A DNA stretch of 64,000 bases. Origin: Thermoplasmatota archaeon. Its GTDB lineage: Archaea; Thermoplasmatota; JAKEGO01. Both the position numbers and the translations under genes were made by a program. The DNA lies in the NCBI GenBank assembly GCA_028279595.1, contig JANQNK010000013.1, positions 32,001-96,000 on the forward strand, written 5' to 3'. Below are positions 19,176 to 29,100 of this stretch, in pieces (the stretch's first letter is position 1; each line of letters starts with the position of its first letter). Under the pieces are notes generated by a model, which ran no database searches, was not told where the DNA came from, and saw nothing but the letters and a program-made list of their open reading frames with translations.

Positions 19176-21364
19176 TCGTCCCACCCCCATGAAGCGGCGA
19201 CCTCAAGGAAGTCCTCCACATCCTCCGCGATCTCGCGTCCGCGATATCTCGTGGCGGAGCAGGGCCACGGTCCGACCGGATTGACGGCGTCGTCAACCCG
19301 AACCGCTCGGTCACCCTCTGGCAGCGGCTCTCCGGGCGGGAGGTGGGTCCCGGGTTCGAGGGGCAGACCGACCGCCTCCGTGATATCGGCAACAGCCTCG
19401 AAATCGAACCCATCCAGTCCCAGCGCCCTGCCCATGTCGATGAAGACCTTCCAGTCCGGCTTTGCCATGTTCGGGAGTCGCGCGTCGCTCGTTATCGAAC
19501 CGACGCGGCCGTCGAGCGAGATCACGGTGCCCTCCGTCTCCGAGAACATCGACGACGGAAGTATGACGTCCGCCCTCTCAGAGACCTGCGAGCCGAACGG
19601 ACCCTGGTAGACGACGAACTCGACGCCCTCCGGAATCTCCGGAACTGGGTGTGTGAGGTACAGGGCCTTGATCCCCTCTCCGAGAGGGTTCCTTCCTGAC
19701 GAGTACTTGCCGGAATCCTGCTCGATGCACTGTCCGGGCGTGAGGCAGCGGGAAGCCCCGGCCTCGAGGACGCCCTGGACGTTGCCTCCGTCCCAGAGGG
19801 GCAGGAGTACCGTGCCGTTGACAGCCTCGAACAGCTCCAGTGCGAGTTTCGCAACCTGGGTCCCCTCCGCAGCGTCCCGGAAGGCACCCGGCCCGACCAG
19901 TATGGCGGTCTTGTCGGCATCCTTCAGGGCGCTGGCGATCCTCCCTGCGGCGTCGCGGTCCGGGGTATGGGGTTGCTGTCCAGGGGCCTTGACCTCCTCG
20001 AGCAGAATATCCATGAATGGACCGTACGCATCGGGTTCGATCACATCGGCATGCCTGTATCCCTTCCTGGGATCGATCTTGACATTGAACACGCTTGCGC
20101 CGTCCTTCCAGGCAGCGTGAACGTGTACCTGGGTGACGGCCGCCGTCAGGCTTAGGTCCGTGCCGACGATCAGTACGGCATCGCAGTCCCGTATGTCGGT
20201 CATCGTCCCGATGCCGGCGACGCGGTCCATCGCACCGCCCCATGCCTTCTGCATCGGGCCGGCCATGTTGGACGCTATCGCGATGTTGTCGCTTCCCAGC
20301 CCGCGCATGATTCGCTGCGCCAGGAACGCCTCCTCGACGGTCAGCGACGGGCTCACGATCATGCCGATCTCCTCGGGAGCGAACCCCTTCAGTCCCTCGA
20401 CCGCCGTCTCGAGCGCTGTCTCCCACTTCACGGGTCTCAGGACCCCATCGGTCGTCACGCGCGGATATTCCAGCCTGTCCTTCGAGTTTGTTAATGGAAC
20501 TGTGCAGTAGCGTCCCTTGAGGCAGGCCTGGGCCACGTTCTCGCCCTCCTCCGACGGCTCCGTGATCGTCATCCTGCCCCACTTGAAGCCGACGTCCATG
20601 GCGCATCCCGCCGGGCACATTACACATGTGCTCTTCCCGGTTACCTCGGGGATGCTGACCCACCTGGTCATCTTCGAGGAGATCGAGCCTGTGGGACACA
20701 CGTCCTCGCAGGCGCCGCAGAAGACGCACGAGCTGTCGACCAGCGGACCCTGGAACGCGGTGCCGATCGTGGCGTCATGGCTCCGTTCGGTGAACGCGAT
20801 GGCGGAGACACCCCTGATCTCGGCGCATACCCTGACGCACCTGCCGCAGAGTATGCAGAGGTTGTAATCCCTGTGGATGAACGGGTCCCTGCGGTACAGG
20901 GGTACGTCCTTGTACTCCGTCTCCACCCAGATGTCGTCCACCCCGAGCGCCTTCACCACGTCGAAGAGGTCGCACTCGTTCCTGTTGGGACAGAACCGGC
21001 AGCCTGTAACGCGTCCAGCCTTGGTCGGGTCCGGATGCAGGTCGAGGCACTCCTCCCTGTCGGCGCAGATGATGCACGCGCTCGGGTGCTCGGATAGTAT
21101 AAGCTGGAGGATCCTCCTCCTCAGGTCGTCCAGGTCCTCCTCGGTCGTCTCGATGACCATGTCATCCTGGACTGGGGTTGCACACGCAGGGACGAACGCC
21201 CTGAAGCCCTCCACCTTGACCAGGCAGAGGCGGCAACCGCCGAAGGCCGAGAGGTCCGGGTGGTTGCAGAGCGTCGGTATGTAGATGTCGTTCCGCCTTG
21301 CGATGTCGAGGATGGTCTCACCCTCGATGATGTCGTAATCCTTGCCGTCTATCCTCGCGGTCAT
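19172..21364 (-). CDS. NuoG/FdhA-like Fe-S subunit with a degenerate molybdopterin-oxidoreductase domain (BfuA-like)
   Basis: IPTLC...GGCRLC...C, HPSACIIC...C, CILCGRCVRVC, CVFCGACEDVCP and CVMCPAGC...C. No Cys/Sec at the FDH catalytic position (DNIAIASN). Start at 21364. Confidence 0.88.
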   Translation of the reverse strand: MTARIDGKDYDIIEGETILDIARRNDIYIPTLCNHPDLSAFGGCRLCLVKVEGFRAFVPACATPVQDDMVIETTEEDLDDLRRRILQLILSEHPSACIICADREECLDLHPDPTKAGRVTGCRFCPNRNECDLFDVVKALGVDDIWVETEYKDVPLYRRDPFIHRDYNLCILCGRCVRVCAEIRGVSAIAFTERSHDATIGTAFQGPLVDSSCVFCGACEDVCPTGSISSKMTRWVSIPEVTGKSTCVMCPAGCAMDVGFKWGRMTITEPSEEGENVAQACLKGRYCTVPLTNSKDRLEYPRVTTDGVLRPVKWETALETAVEGLKGFAPEEIGMIVSPSLTVEEAFLAQRIMRGLGSDNIAIASNMAGPMQKAWGGAMDRVAGIGTMTDIRDCDAVLIVGTDLSLTAAVTQVHVHAAWKDGASVFNVKIDPRKGYRHADVIEPDAYGPFMDILLEEVKAPGQQPHTPDRDAAGRIASALKDADKTAILVGPGAFRDAAEGTQVAKLALELFEAVNGTVLLPLWDGGNVQGVLEAGASRCLTPGQCIEQDSGKYSSGRNPLGEGIKALYLTHPVPEIPEGVEFVVYQGPFGSQVSERADVILPSSMFSETEGTVISLDGRVGSITSDARLPNMAKPDWKVFIDMGRALGLDGFDFEAVADITEAVGLPLEPGTHLPPGEPLPEGDRAVRVDDAVNPVGPWPCSATRYRGREIAEDVEDFLEVAASWGWDE

Positions 21365-23235
21365 TCGACCACCTCCTTCCTTCCGGGAGAGGTCTTCTTG
21401 ACCGCGTCCTTCGGACAGATCGAATGGCACATGCCGCACTTCACGCACTGGTGCTGGTCGATGACGTGCGCTTCCTTCGGAGCGCCTGCAATGCAGCTGA
21501 CCGGGCAGTTCTTGGCGCAGAGGGTACAACCGATGCACTCGTCCGGTTCGATCGTGTATGTGACCAGTGGCTTGCACACCGCCGCCGGACATCGTCCATC
21601 AGAGATGTGCGCCTCGTACTCCTCCCTGAAGTACTTGATCGTGGAGAGGACTGGATTGGGAGCGGTCCCTCCCAGCTGACAGAGCGACCCCATCCTCACG
21701 GTGCTGCCGATCTCCTCGAGGACCTCTATGTCCCCGGGATCGCCGTTCCCGTCGCAGATCCTCTCGAGAATGTCCTTCATCTTCTTGGTGCCGATGCGGC
21801 ACGGAGGACATTTCCCGCACGACTCGTACTGTGTGAAACTAATGAAGTAGCGGGCGACGTCGACCATGCACGTCTCCTCGTCCATGACGACCATCCCGCC
21901 GGAGCCCATTATGGCCCCCGCCTGCTGGAGTGATTCGAAGTCCACGGGCAGATCGAGCATTGATTCCGGGATGCAGCCCCCGGACGGCCCCCCGGTCTGG
22001 ACGGCCTTCAGCTTCCCTCCGTCGGGGACGCCGCCGCCTATGCCTTCGACGATCTCCCTTATCGTGGTCCCCATCGGGACCTCGACGAGCCCTGGATACT
22101 TCACCTTCCCGGTGAGCGCGAAGACGGCCGTGCCCTTGGTCCCTTCCGATCCGATGGACGCGAAGTGCTCCGCGCCGAGCCTCATGATCGCGGGGACGCT
22201 GGCGAGCGACTTCACGTTGTTGATGACCGTCGGTTTTCCCCAGAGCCCTTCCTGGGCGGGATACGGAGGCCTGGGACGGGGCATTCCCCGCTTCCCCTCG
22301 ATCGAGGCCAGCAGGGCGGTCTCCTCCCCGCAGACGAACGCCCCTGCTCCCTCCTTGATGTGGATGCTGAGGCTGAAACCGCTGCCCATGATGTCCTCTC
22401 CGAGGAATCCGACCTCCTCCAGCTTCGCGATGGCGATCCTGAGCCTCTTGATCGCGAGGGGGTATTCGGCCCTCGCATAGATGTAGGCCTCGTCGGCCCC
22501 GATGGCGTAGGAGGCTGTCGTGAGTCCCTCGAGCAGTCGGTAGGGATCTCCCTCGAGGATGCTCCTGTCCATGAACGCCCCCGGGTCGCCCTCGTCGGCG
22601 TTGCACACCATGTAGCTCTTGTCGGTCCTGTTCTGCCTGCACATCTGCCATTTCCTTCCGCTAGGGAATCCGGCACCGCCGCGCCCCCTCAATCCGGACT
22701 CGAGGACGGTCTCGATGACCTCATCGGGGGTCATCGCCAGGGCCTTCTTCAGTCCCTCGAAGCCGCCCTGGGAGATGTAGTGTTCGAGCTCGACAGGGTC
22801 GATTATCCCGTTGTTCTCGGTGATTATCCTCTTCTGGGTCGCGGTGACCGGATGGTCCCAGATGCTGGGGACGTCGCCAAATGCGTCGCCTATCGAACCG
22901 AGCAGGGCCTCGGTGGGATATCTCTTGTGAGTTATGATCGAGTCAAGGAGCCCGCCCATGGTCCTGCCTTCCACCGGTCCGTAGGCCACCGGGGGATTGC
23001 CGTGGACCTGGATGGACACCAGCGGCTCGAAGCAGCATGTGCCTATGCATCCGACCTCCGAGAGCCTCAGGTCCGCACCGTTCTCGGCCATCCATCGCTC
23101 CGTCTCGCGCTTCACCTCGCCGATGCCCGCGGCGATCCCGCAGGACGCGGTCCCCAGATAGACCACCCCATCGGTCGACTGGAGGTCGTCCCAGACCTTA
23201 TCGGCCTCGGCCTTGAGCACGTCGAAATCCGTCAT
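21361..23235 (-). CDS. nuoF: NuoF/HydB-like FMN/NADH-binding subunit (BfuB-like)
   Basis: LRGRGGAGFP, CNADEGDPGAFMDRS, FVCGEETAL, GGPSGGC, ESCGKCPPCR, C-terminal 2x[4Fe-4S], and an N-terminal thioredoxin-like Cys domain. Confidence 0.93.
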   Translation of the reverse strand: MTDFDVLKAEADKVWDDLQSTDGVVYLGTASCGIAAGIGEVKRETERWMAENGADLRLSEVGCIGTCCFEPLVSIQVHGNPPVAYGPVEGRTMGGLLDSIITHKRYPTEALLGSIGDAFGDVPSIWDHPVTATQKRIITENNGIIDPVELEHYISQGGFEGLKKALAMTPDEVIETVLESGLRGRGGAGFPSGRKWQMCRQNRTDKSYMVCNADEGDPGAFMDRSILEGDPYRLLEGLTTASYAIGADEAYIYARAEYPLAIKRLRIAIAKLEEVGFLGEDIMGSGFSLSIHIKEGAGAFVCGEETALLASIEGKRGMPRPRPPYPAQEGLWGKPTVINNVKSLASVPAIMRLGAEHFASIGSEGTKGTAVFALTGKVKYPGLVEVPMGTTIREIVEGIGGGVPDGGKLKAVQTGGPSGGCIPESMLDLPVDFESLQQAGAIMGSGGMVVMDEETCMVDVARYFISFTQYESCGKCPPCRIGTKKMKDILERICDGNGDPGDIEVLEEIGSTVRMGSLCQLGGTAPNPVLSTIKYFREEYEAHISDGRCPAAVCKPLVTYTIEPDECIGCTLCAKNCPVSCIAGAPKEAHVIDQHQCVKCGMCHSICPKDAVKKTSPGRKEVVE

Positions 23236-23699
23236 TCCGACACCCCCTTCGAGACCGTCCTGTCGACGATCTCCTTGGCAGTGCCGGGAGCCATCTTCCC
23301 GTGGATCTCGTCATCGACGACGATCACCGGTGCGACAGCGCAGCATCCCATGCATGCCACCCTCTCGAGGGTGAACTTACCGTCGGGTGTGGTCCCGCCG
23401 GCCTTGACCCCGAGGTCATCCTCGATGATGTCCATTATGGCCGCGCCTCCCTTGACGTGGCACGCGGTTCCCAGACAAACCTTGACCTCGTGCTCCCCGG
23501 GCTTCGAGAACCTGAACTGTGAATAGAACGTGGCAACACCATACGCTTCGTTCCGGGAAATCCCGAGGACGTCCTCGATGGTCACGAGTGATTCTGGCGA
23601 GATGTACCCCTGTGCTTCCTGGACCGCCTGGAGAGCGGGTATTATCGCGCCCTTCCGGTCCTTGAACGATTCGATTATCTTCCTGATGTCAGTTACCAT
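23232..23699 (-). CDS. nuoE: NuoE/HydC-like [2Fe-2S] subunit (BfuC-like)
   Basis: GVATFYSQF, VCLGTACHVKG and ACMGCCAVAP. Confidence 0.93.
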   Translation of the reverse strand: MVTDIRKIIESFKDRKGAIIPALQAVQEAQGYISPESLVTIEDVLGISRNEAYGVATFYSQFRFSKPGEHEVKVCLGTACHVKGGAAIMDIIEDDLGVKAGGTTPDGKFTLERVACMGCCAVAPVIVVDDEIHGKMAPGTAKEIVDRTVSKGVSE

Positions 23700-23870
23700 C
23701 CTTCAAACCCCTCCCAGCAGCTCCTCTTCGCTTGCGAGTAGAACGATTTTATAGATAAGGATTGTGGGTCTCGCACGCCCCATCCGACCGGTCATCGGCG
23801 GCTGTCACCGTCCCCTCGTTGTATCGGTAGAGCCATCGCTGTTCGTTAGCATTATGATAACAGATGCCCG

Positions 23871-25004
23871 TCAGATCTCGAACTCTTCCTGGGGCATCTC
23901 CTTCTTCTGCTCACCCGCCTCGTAGTCCTTCACGGTCTTCTCCGAGTCCTCGTCGAGCTCCTTGATCTCGAAGTCCTCGTCGTGCTGGACGTGGAGTTCC
24001 TCCACCTTGTCGTCGAAGATGACGCCCTCGGGTTCGAAATCGACGGTATCGTCGGATTCGGTCTTGAACTCCATCTCCTCGTCAGGTTCGAACTCCATCT
24101 CCTCCTCGGTCTCGAACTCCATCTCTTCCTCGGGTTCGAACTCGGTCTCCTCGTCATCAGCCTTGAACTCCATCTCCTTTTCTGGTTCGAATTCCATTTC
24201 GGCACCCTCCGGCTCGAACTCCGTATCCCCCGACTCGAAATCGACCTGGTCGGGGATGATCTCCATCTTCTCGCCCTCCTTTTCCCTCGTCTTCTTGACG
24301 ACCCTCTCAAGGGCCACCGCCGACTGCTTGTAACGAGCATCCTGCTCGGTGATCGTGTGGTGATACTCCGCGGGCCTCTTGTCCGTGGTACCCATGTATA
24401 TCGAGAAATCGAAGGCGTCCGGATCGAGGCATCCCTCGGCCACGGCCGCGACGATGAGCCCGAAGAAGAAGATAGCGATCAGGAGGAACGGTATACCGAA
24501 GGCGATCGGCGGAAAGAAGGACAATACGGTCGGGATGAGGATGGCGCCCGAGGCCAACCGGAACATATGATTGCTCTTGTCGAACTCGTTTATCGCCGTG
24601 TAACTCAATCCCATGATAGCCATTATCAGGATGATGAAGAGGAGGAGTATCAGAAGGCTCCGCGCATAGAATGGGAGGAAGTAGAAGAGGGCTAGGGGGA
24701 CGGTGATCGCGATCAATGCCCCGATCATCATCATGAAGACCGCACCTAGGAACAGGGCCGACCCCTTCCTGCTCACCTGCAGCGAGGTCTCGATGCGTCT
24801 GCCCATACCACCTATCTTGATGTACAAGGGTTCGATGCGCCTCCATATCGGATCGAGGAGCATCTCTATCTTCAACCATACGAAATTGAACCTGATTCGG
24901 ATGGGGGCGAGCTTTGCCCACACTCTCGAGAGAGCCTCCCAGATGGTCAACACGACCTTGGCGAAGAGAACGGCGGTCTTCGTCATGCCATCGGAAGCTC
25001 CCAT
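23871..25004 (-). CDS. Hypothetical membrane protein with an acidic repetitive C-terminal tail
   Basis: About four to five TM helices followed by EMEFEPE-type repeats; GGGGTGG RBS. Confidence 0.8.
   Translation of the reverse strand: MGASDGMTKTAVLFAKVVLTIWEALSRVWAKLAPIRIRFNFVWLKIEMLLDPIWRRIEPLYIKIGGMGRRIETSLQVSRKGSALFLGAVFMMMIGALIAITVPLALFYFLPFYARSLLILLLFIILIMAIMGLSYTAINEFDKSNHMFRLASGAILIPTVLSFFPPIAFGIPFLLIAIFFFGLIVAAVAEGCLDPDAFDFSIYMGTTDKRPAEYHHTITEQDARYKQSAVALERVVKKTREKEGEKMEIIPDQVDFESGDTEFEPEGAEMEFEPEKEMEFKADDEETEFEPEEEMEFETEEEMEFEPDEEMEFKTESDDTVDFEPEGVIFDDKVEELHVQHDEDFEIKELDEDSEKTVKDYEAGEQKKEMPQEEFEI
24009..24245 (-). repeat. Coding tandem repeat, about 24 nt / 8 aa unit (EEMEFEPE)
   Basis: Repeated tcgaactccatctc units on the + strand; about nine to ten degenerate copies. 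Confidence 0.85.
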
Positions 25005-25485
25005 CACGACCCACCCCGAGTTTCATGGGGATTGCCCTCAGTATATAAAACGATTGCCCAATGGTCATCTGATGGACGGTTTTCCGGTAATGGGAATGAC
25101 CGCTCCACCGCCGATGAATTATCTGTTTCTCAAGGAAGGTAGGATCAGTGAACGCCCGGAATTTTAATCAGAAAAAACCGACGGATCCGTCGACTCACTT
25201 TATTCCGCTTTTTTTCCAGAACCTGCTAGCCCGGAAACCGGAAAATCGTCCTGCCAAAATGAAATTTTTTTCCCGCAGGCCGCAGGAAAACAACAGGCAC
25301 TGGCTATCAGAAAAACAGTTGAGTTTCTCAGTTTTCATCCCGTGGATATATCCTGTGATGACCGAAATAAAAACCTCGAAAATCCGATGATTATCACCTT
25401 CGGTTTTTTGGTGTTTTCCCAGTTATCTTTAAATATCATCCAGACAATCTGCCGTAGGGTGGTCGGAATCGTCGACAAACGGCGG

Positions 25486-28400
25486 ATGGCGGTAGAACGG
25501 ATAACCTATTCGAGGGATCTCATACAGGGATTCCAGAAGAAGGGTGTTGTGTTACCGTCATCGCTCAAGCTCCTCAAGGAGGCTGACGAGGAGCTGTCGT
25601 CGCGGCATTTTGAGAAGGCTATCGAATTGGCGAAGAGTTCGCAGGATGACGCCAAGGCGATCTATCGGGACCACCTCCGTTCCGAGGACCTCAAGAAGAA
25701 GATCAAGAACATCCGGAAGAGCGCTCCGACCGATGTATCGGACACGATCGATGCCTCCATGGACGAGTACGGCAAGCACCTTAAGGCGGGCAAGTACAAG
25801 GAGTTCAACAGGGAGGCCGAGGACCTCATCCGTCAGCTCAAGTCCGGAGCGGACGCGGGCGTCAAGAAGCGCCCCGCGATCAAGAGGAAGAAGAGCGTGA
25901 CCCGCGAGGATGCGGCTTCCTACCTGCAGGCCATCGCGCTCGAGACCCTCGAAGCGCAGAAGTCCGGACTTCCGACATCGGACATCGAGGAGATGCTCCG
26001 GGATTCACGGGACCTGATCGAGGGCGGTTTCTTCCGAGAATCGATGAACACGGGCAAGGAGGCCATGGCCCGGATCGACGAGCTCCGCAAGCAGCACGAG
26101 GAGTACGTCCATCAGGTGGCCGCAGCGACCGAGGCGATACAGTCGCTCAAGGCCCAGGGACTGAAGACCGGAAGCCTCGAGAAGCTGCTTGCCAAGGCGA
26201 GGAAGGCCCTTGACGGAGTGAACTACCCCCAGATGACCGAGCACCTCAACCGGCTCTACGAGAAGATGGAGGACTCGAAGGACCATCACGGGGAGTCGCT
26301 CGAGATCATCGCATCCACCGAGACGCTCATCAAGGAGGCGGGACAGGCGGGCGCATCGCTCGGCTTCGCCACCTCCCTGCTGGAGGAGGCCAAACAGCTG
26401 GCCGACAAGGGCGACTACGCCCAGGCAAAGAAGATCGGCAAGGAGGCCCACGACGAGGCCGTCAAGTCGATACAGATATCACTGGAGAAGATCAAGCGTG
26501 AGGAGGCGGACGTAAATCAGATCAAGACCCTCATGGACGAGGCCCGCGAGGCGATCGCCGAGACCACGCAGTACGTACCCATCCCCGCCGCGGGCGAGAT
26601 GCTCGAGAAGGCGGAGGACCTTCTGAAGGACCACGACTCCATAGACGAGGCGAGAAGGCTCGCCACGGACGCGAAGGCGATGGCCCTGGAGACGAAGAAG
26701 CAGTACATCGAGACCACCGAGAAGGTCCAGGAGGCGAACAAGATCCTGTCGAGGCTTCGGGAGGCGGGTCTGCGACCCCAGTCGCAACAGGACATGCTCG
26801 TGCAGGCCCTGGGCGCCATAGACGAGAACAATTACCTCGAGGCACTCAGGCTCTCGAAGAAGGTCCTGAAGGACCTCAGCGCGATGGACAACGAGCGGAT
26901 GAACGCCGAGGAGTCCCTGAAGAAGGCCCGCGGAATGGTCAACGACGTCGTGGGTATCCTCGAGACCGAGGAGATCGACGAGATGAACTCGACCCTCGAC
27001 AGGGCCGACTCATCCGCTGCCAACGGTTCGTTCAAGGAGGCCTCCACCGCGGCCGGAAAGGTCATCGAGAAGCTCGAGGACATGGTCTCGACCAATCGGG
27101 ACGAGTTCATCAAGGCCAAGGAGAAGCTCTCCGAGGTGAAGATGGCGGTTCAGCTCCTCAAGAAGGAGGGCGTCGTAACCGACCAGCTCACCGAGATACT
27201 TGCCTCTGCCGAGGACGAGCTCCGCGGCAAGGAGTTCAAGAAGGCAATGGATGCCCTCGGGATACTAGACGAGCTCATCTCGGCCCTGAGGGACGCCTAT
27301 GACAGGTCCAAGACGATGCTCACGGCCGTGCAGATGGTCCTTGACGGGATGAAGGAACGCGGCCTCGATGTCACAAGGTTCGAGGAGACCTACAAGCAGG
27401 CCAAGGAACTCTTCGACAAGGGAGATTACGAGTCTGCCTTCGGGATCGCCGAAGGAATACAGAAGGAGAGCATGCCCGACCTCGCGAGCTATGAGACGAT
27501 CGAGGACGCAAGCGCCTACATCGCAGAGATCAGGCGCAACATGCACATGATCCGGGAGGGTCTTCCCGAGGTCGTCGACGTCGAGGAGAAGCTCGGGATC
27601 TCTGGGATCTTCAAGGAGTACTACAGGCGCCTGCTCTACAGTGTGATAGACGGCGCGCTGCGCGACGTCGAGAGGGCTGACGGACTCATCGCCGAGGGCA
27701 AGACCGGCGAGGCGAAGGACCTCGCTGAAAAGGCCATGAAGATGTCGGAGAACGTCGGCGCCCGCTACCGCGACGCGCTCGAGTTCCTCTATCAGGCGAA
27801 GACGATCATAAACGAGGTCGAGGGCCCGGAGCTCTCGAAGCTCGAATCCATATACAAGCAGGCGAAGGCCGCGATGGAACAGGCCGACTACGACAGGACC
27901 ATGCGCCTGTCCGAGGACGTCGTGAAGAGAGCCGAACCGCTCATCGAGAAGTTCGGGTCCTCCGTCAAGCCGCTTGACGGTTCCGATGTGGCCATCAAGC
28001 CGCTGGACGCGGACGGGGACATCCCCGTCGCAACACCGGTCCCGGAAGAGTCCCCTGACGAGGACGCGAGGGCAACGGTCGACTCGTCCTGGGCAATACT
28101 CAGGGAGTTCGAGAAGATCGGACTGGACATCAGGGAGGAGAAGGAGCTCATGCAGGCCGCCGAGGACGCTGTCCAGGCAGGTCAATACATCGAGGCCATG
28201 AACCTCTCTGAGCAGGCCAAGCTATCGGTCGTCCTGAAGGGCGAGACCCTGCTCAGCTCCGAGGCCGAGGCGGATCCCGAGGCCACGGTCGCCCGAGACA
28301 CGCTCGACAAGTGTCAGGTGCTGGTCGAACACATGGCCGAGAACGAGATCACCCACAAGTCGGTCGACCTGCTGATGTCACGTGGCGAGGAGGCCTTCGA

Positions 28401-29040
28401 CGAGGGCCGGTTCTCCGCCGCCATCACTTTCGCCGAGGAGGCCATCAACAAGGCCGACCGGGTCATCGAGGACTGGCAGAAGGCCGAGTTCCTCCTCAAG
28501 ATCGCGGACGAGGAGTCCTCGAAGTCCGACAAGGACGTATCAACCCTCATGCAGAGCGCGGTCACGGAGTTCGAGTCACGGAACTTCAGGTACGCCATGC
28601 GGCTGACCGAGCGGATATTCGACATGCTCGGCACACCGTCGGAAAGGTACGAGTTCTCGCCCACCCCCGTTCCCGGAACGGGATCGCCAAGGCCGGCTCC
28701 CGCCGAGGCCGAGACGGAGGTCGCTCCTGCGCCCGCGCCCGAACCGGAACCTGTGCCGGCACCGGAACCCGAACCGGTCGCCGAGGAGCCCGCAGAGGAC
28801 TTCGAGAAGGACTGGGACTCCTTCGAGAGCGAGGGCGGGACCGAGTGGATGGACGGAGAACCGGCCGAGGAGCCCGCACCGGAGCCGGAGCCAGTTCCGG
28901 AGCCCGAACCGGAACCGCTGCCAGTGGCCAAGACGGCACCCGTCGGAGAGGACGGCGTCAGCAAGGAGGAGTGGATGGAGGAACAGAAGGACGTCACCGA
29001 CACCCTCATGCGGCTCAAGCAGATGTACCTGAACAAGTGA
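25486..29040 (+). CDS. Large all-alpha helical-repeat / coiled-coil protein with a Pro/Glu-rich tail
   Basis: Recurrent L..A...L..G.Y..A..LA..A units, host-like codon usage, and a PAPEPEP linker; start uncertain (25468/25486). Confidence 0.85.
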   Translation: MAVERITYSRDLIQGFQKKGVVLPSSLKLLKEADEELSSRHFEKAIELAKSSQDDAKAIYRDHLRSEDLKKKIKNIRKSAPTDVSDTIDASMDEYGKHLKAGKYKEFNREAEDLIRQLKSGADAGVKKRPAIKRKKSVTREDAASYLQAIALETLEAQKSGLPTSDIEEMLRDSRDLIEGGFFRESMNTGKEAMARIDELRKQHEEYVHQVAAATEAIQSLKAQGLKTGSLEKLLAKARKALDGVNYPQMTEHLNRLYEKMEDSKDHHGESLEIIASTETLIKEAGQAGASLGFATSLLEEAKQLADKGDYAQAKKIGKEAHDEAVKSIQISLEKIKREEADVNQIKTLMDEAREAIAETTQYVPIPAAGEMLEKAEDLLKDHDSIDEARRLATDAKAMALETKKQYIETTEKVQEANKILSRLREAGLRPQSQQDMLVQALGAIDENNYLEALRLSKKVLKDLSAMDNERMNAEESLKKARGMVNDVVGILETEEIDEMNSTLDRADSSAANGSFKEASTAAGKVIEKLEDMVSTNRDEFIKAKEKLSEVKMAVQLLKKEGVVTDQLTEILASAEDELRGKEFKKAMDALGILDELISALRDAYDRSKTMLTAVQMVLDGMKERGLDVTRFEETYKQAKELFDKGDYESAFGIAEGIQKESMPDLASYETIEDASAYIAEIRRNMHMIREGLPEVVDVEEKLGISGIFKEYYRRLLYSVIDGALRDVERADGLIAEGKTGEAKDLAEKAMKMSENVGARYRDALEFLYQAKTIINEVEGPELSKLESIYKQAKAAMEQADYDRTMRLSEDVVKRAEPLIEKFGSSVKPLDGSDVAIKPLDADGDIPVATPVPEESPDEDARATVDSSWAILREFEKIGLDIREEKELMQAAEDAVQAGQYIEAMNLSEQAKLSVVLKGETLLSSEAEADPEATVARDTLDKCQVLVEHMAENEITHKSVDLLMSRGEEAFDEGRFSAAITFAEEAINKADRVIEDWQKAEFLLKIADEESSKSDKDVSTLMQSAVTEFESRNFRYAMRLTERIFDMLGTPSERYEFSPTPVPGTGSPRPAPAEAETEVAPAPAPEPEPVPAPEPEPVAEEPAEDFEKDWDSFESEGGTEWMDGEPAEEPAPEPEPVPEPEPEPLPVAKTAPVGEDGVSKEEWMEEQKDVTDTLMRLKQMYLNK

Positions 29041-29100
29041 GCCCGATCCCTACCTTAAAACGAATTCTTAGCGAGGTCCAGTGAGTTTTACGCGTCCGCC

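Noticed and set aside
19172-21364. Formate dehydrogenase alpha or [FeFe]-hydrogenase call
   Set aside because: No Cys/Sec Mo ligand motif and no H-cluster motifs.
24009-24245. Possible CRISPR-like periodic repeats
   Set aside because: In-frame coding repeats with no unique spacers and no cas genes.
25486-29040. SMC/Rad50 call because of coiled coils near scpB
   Set aside because: No Walker A/B, signature or hinge motifs.
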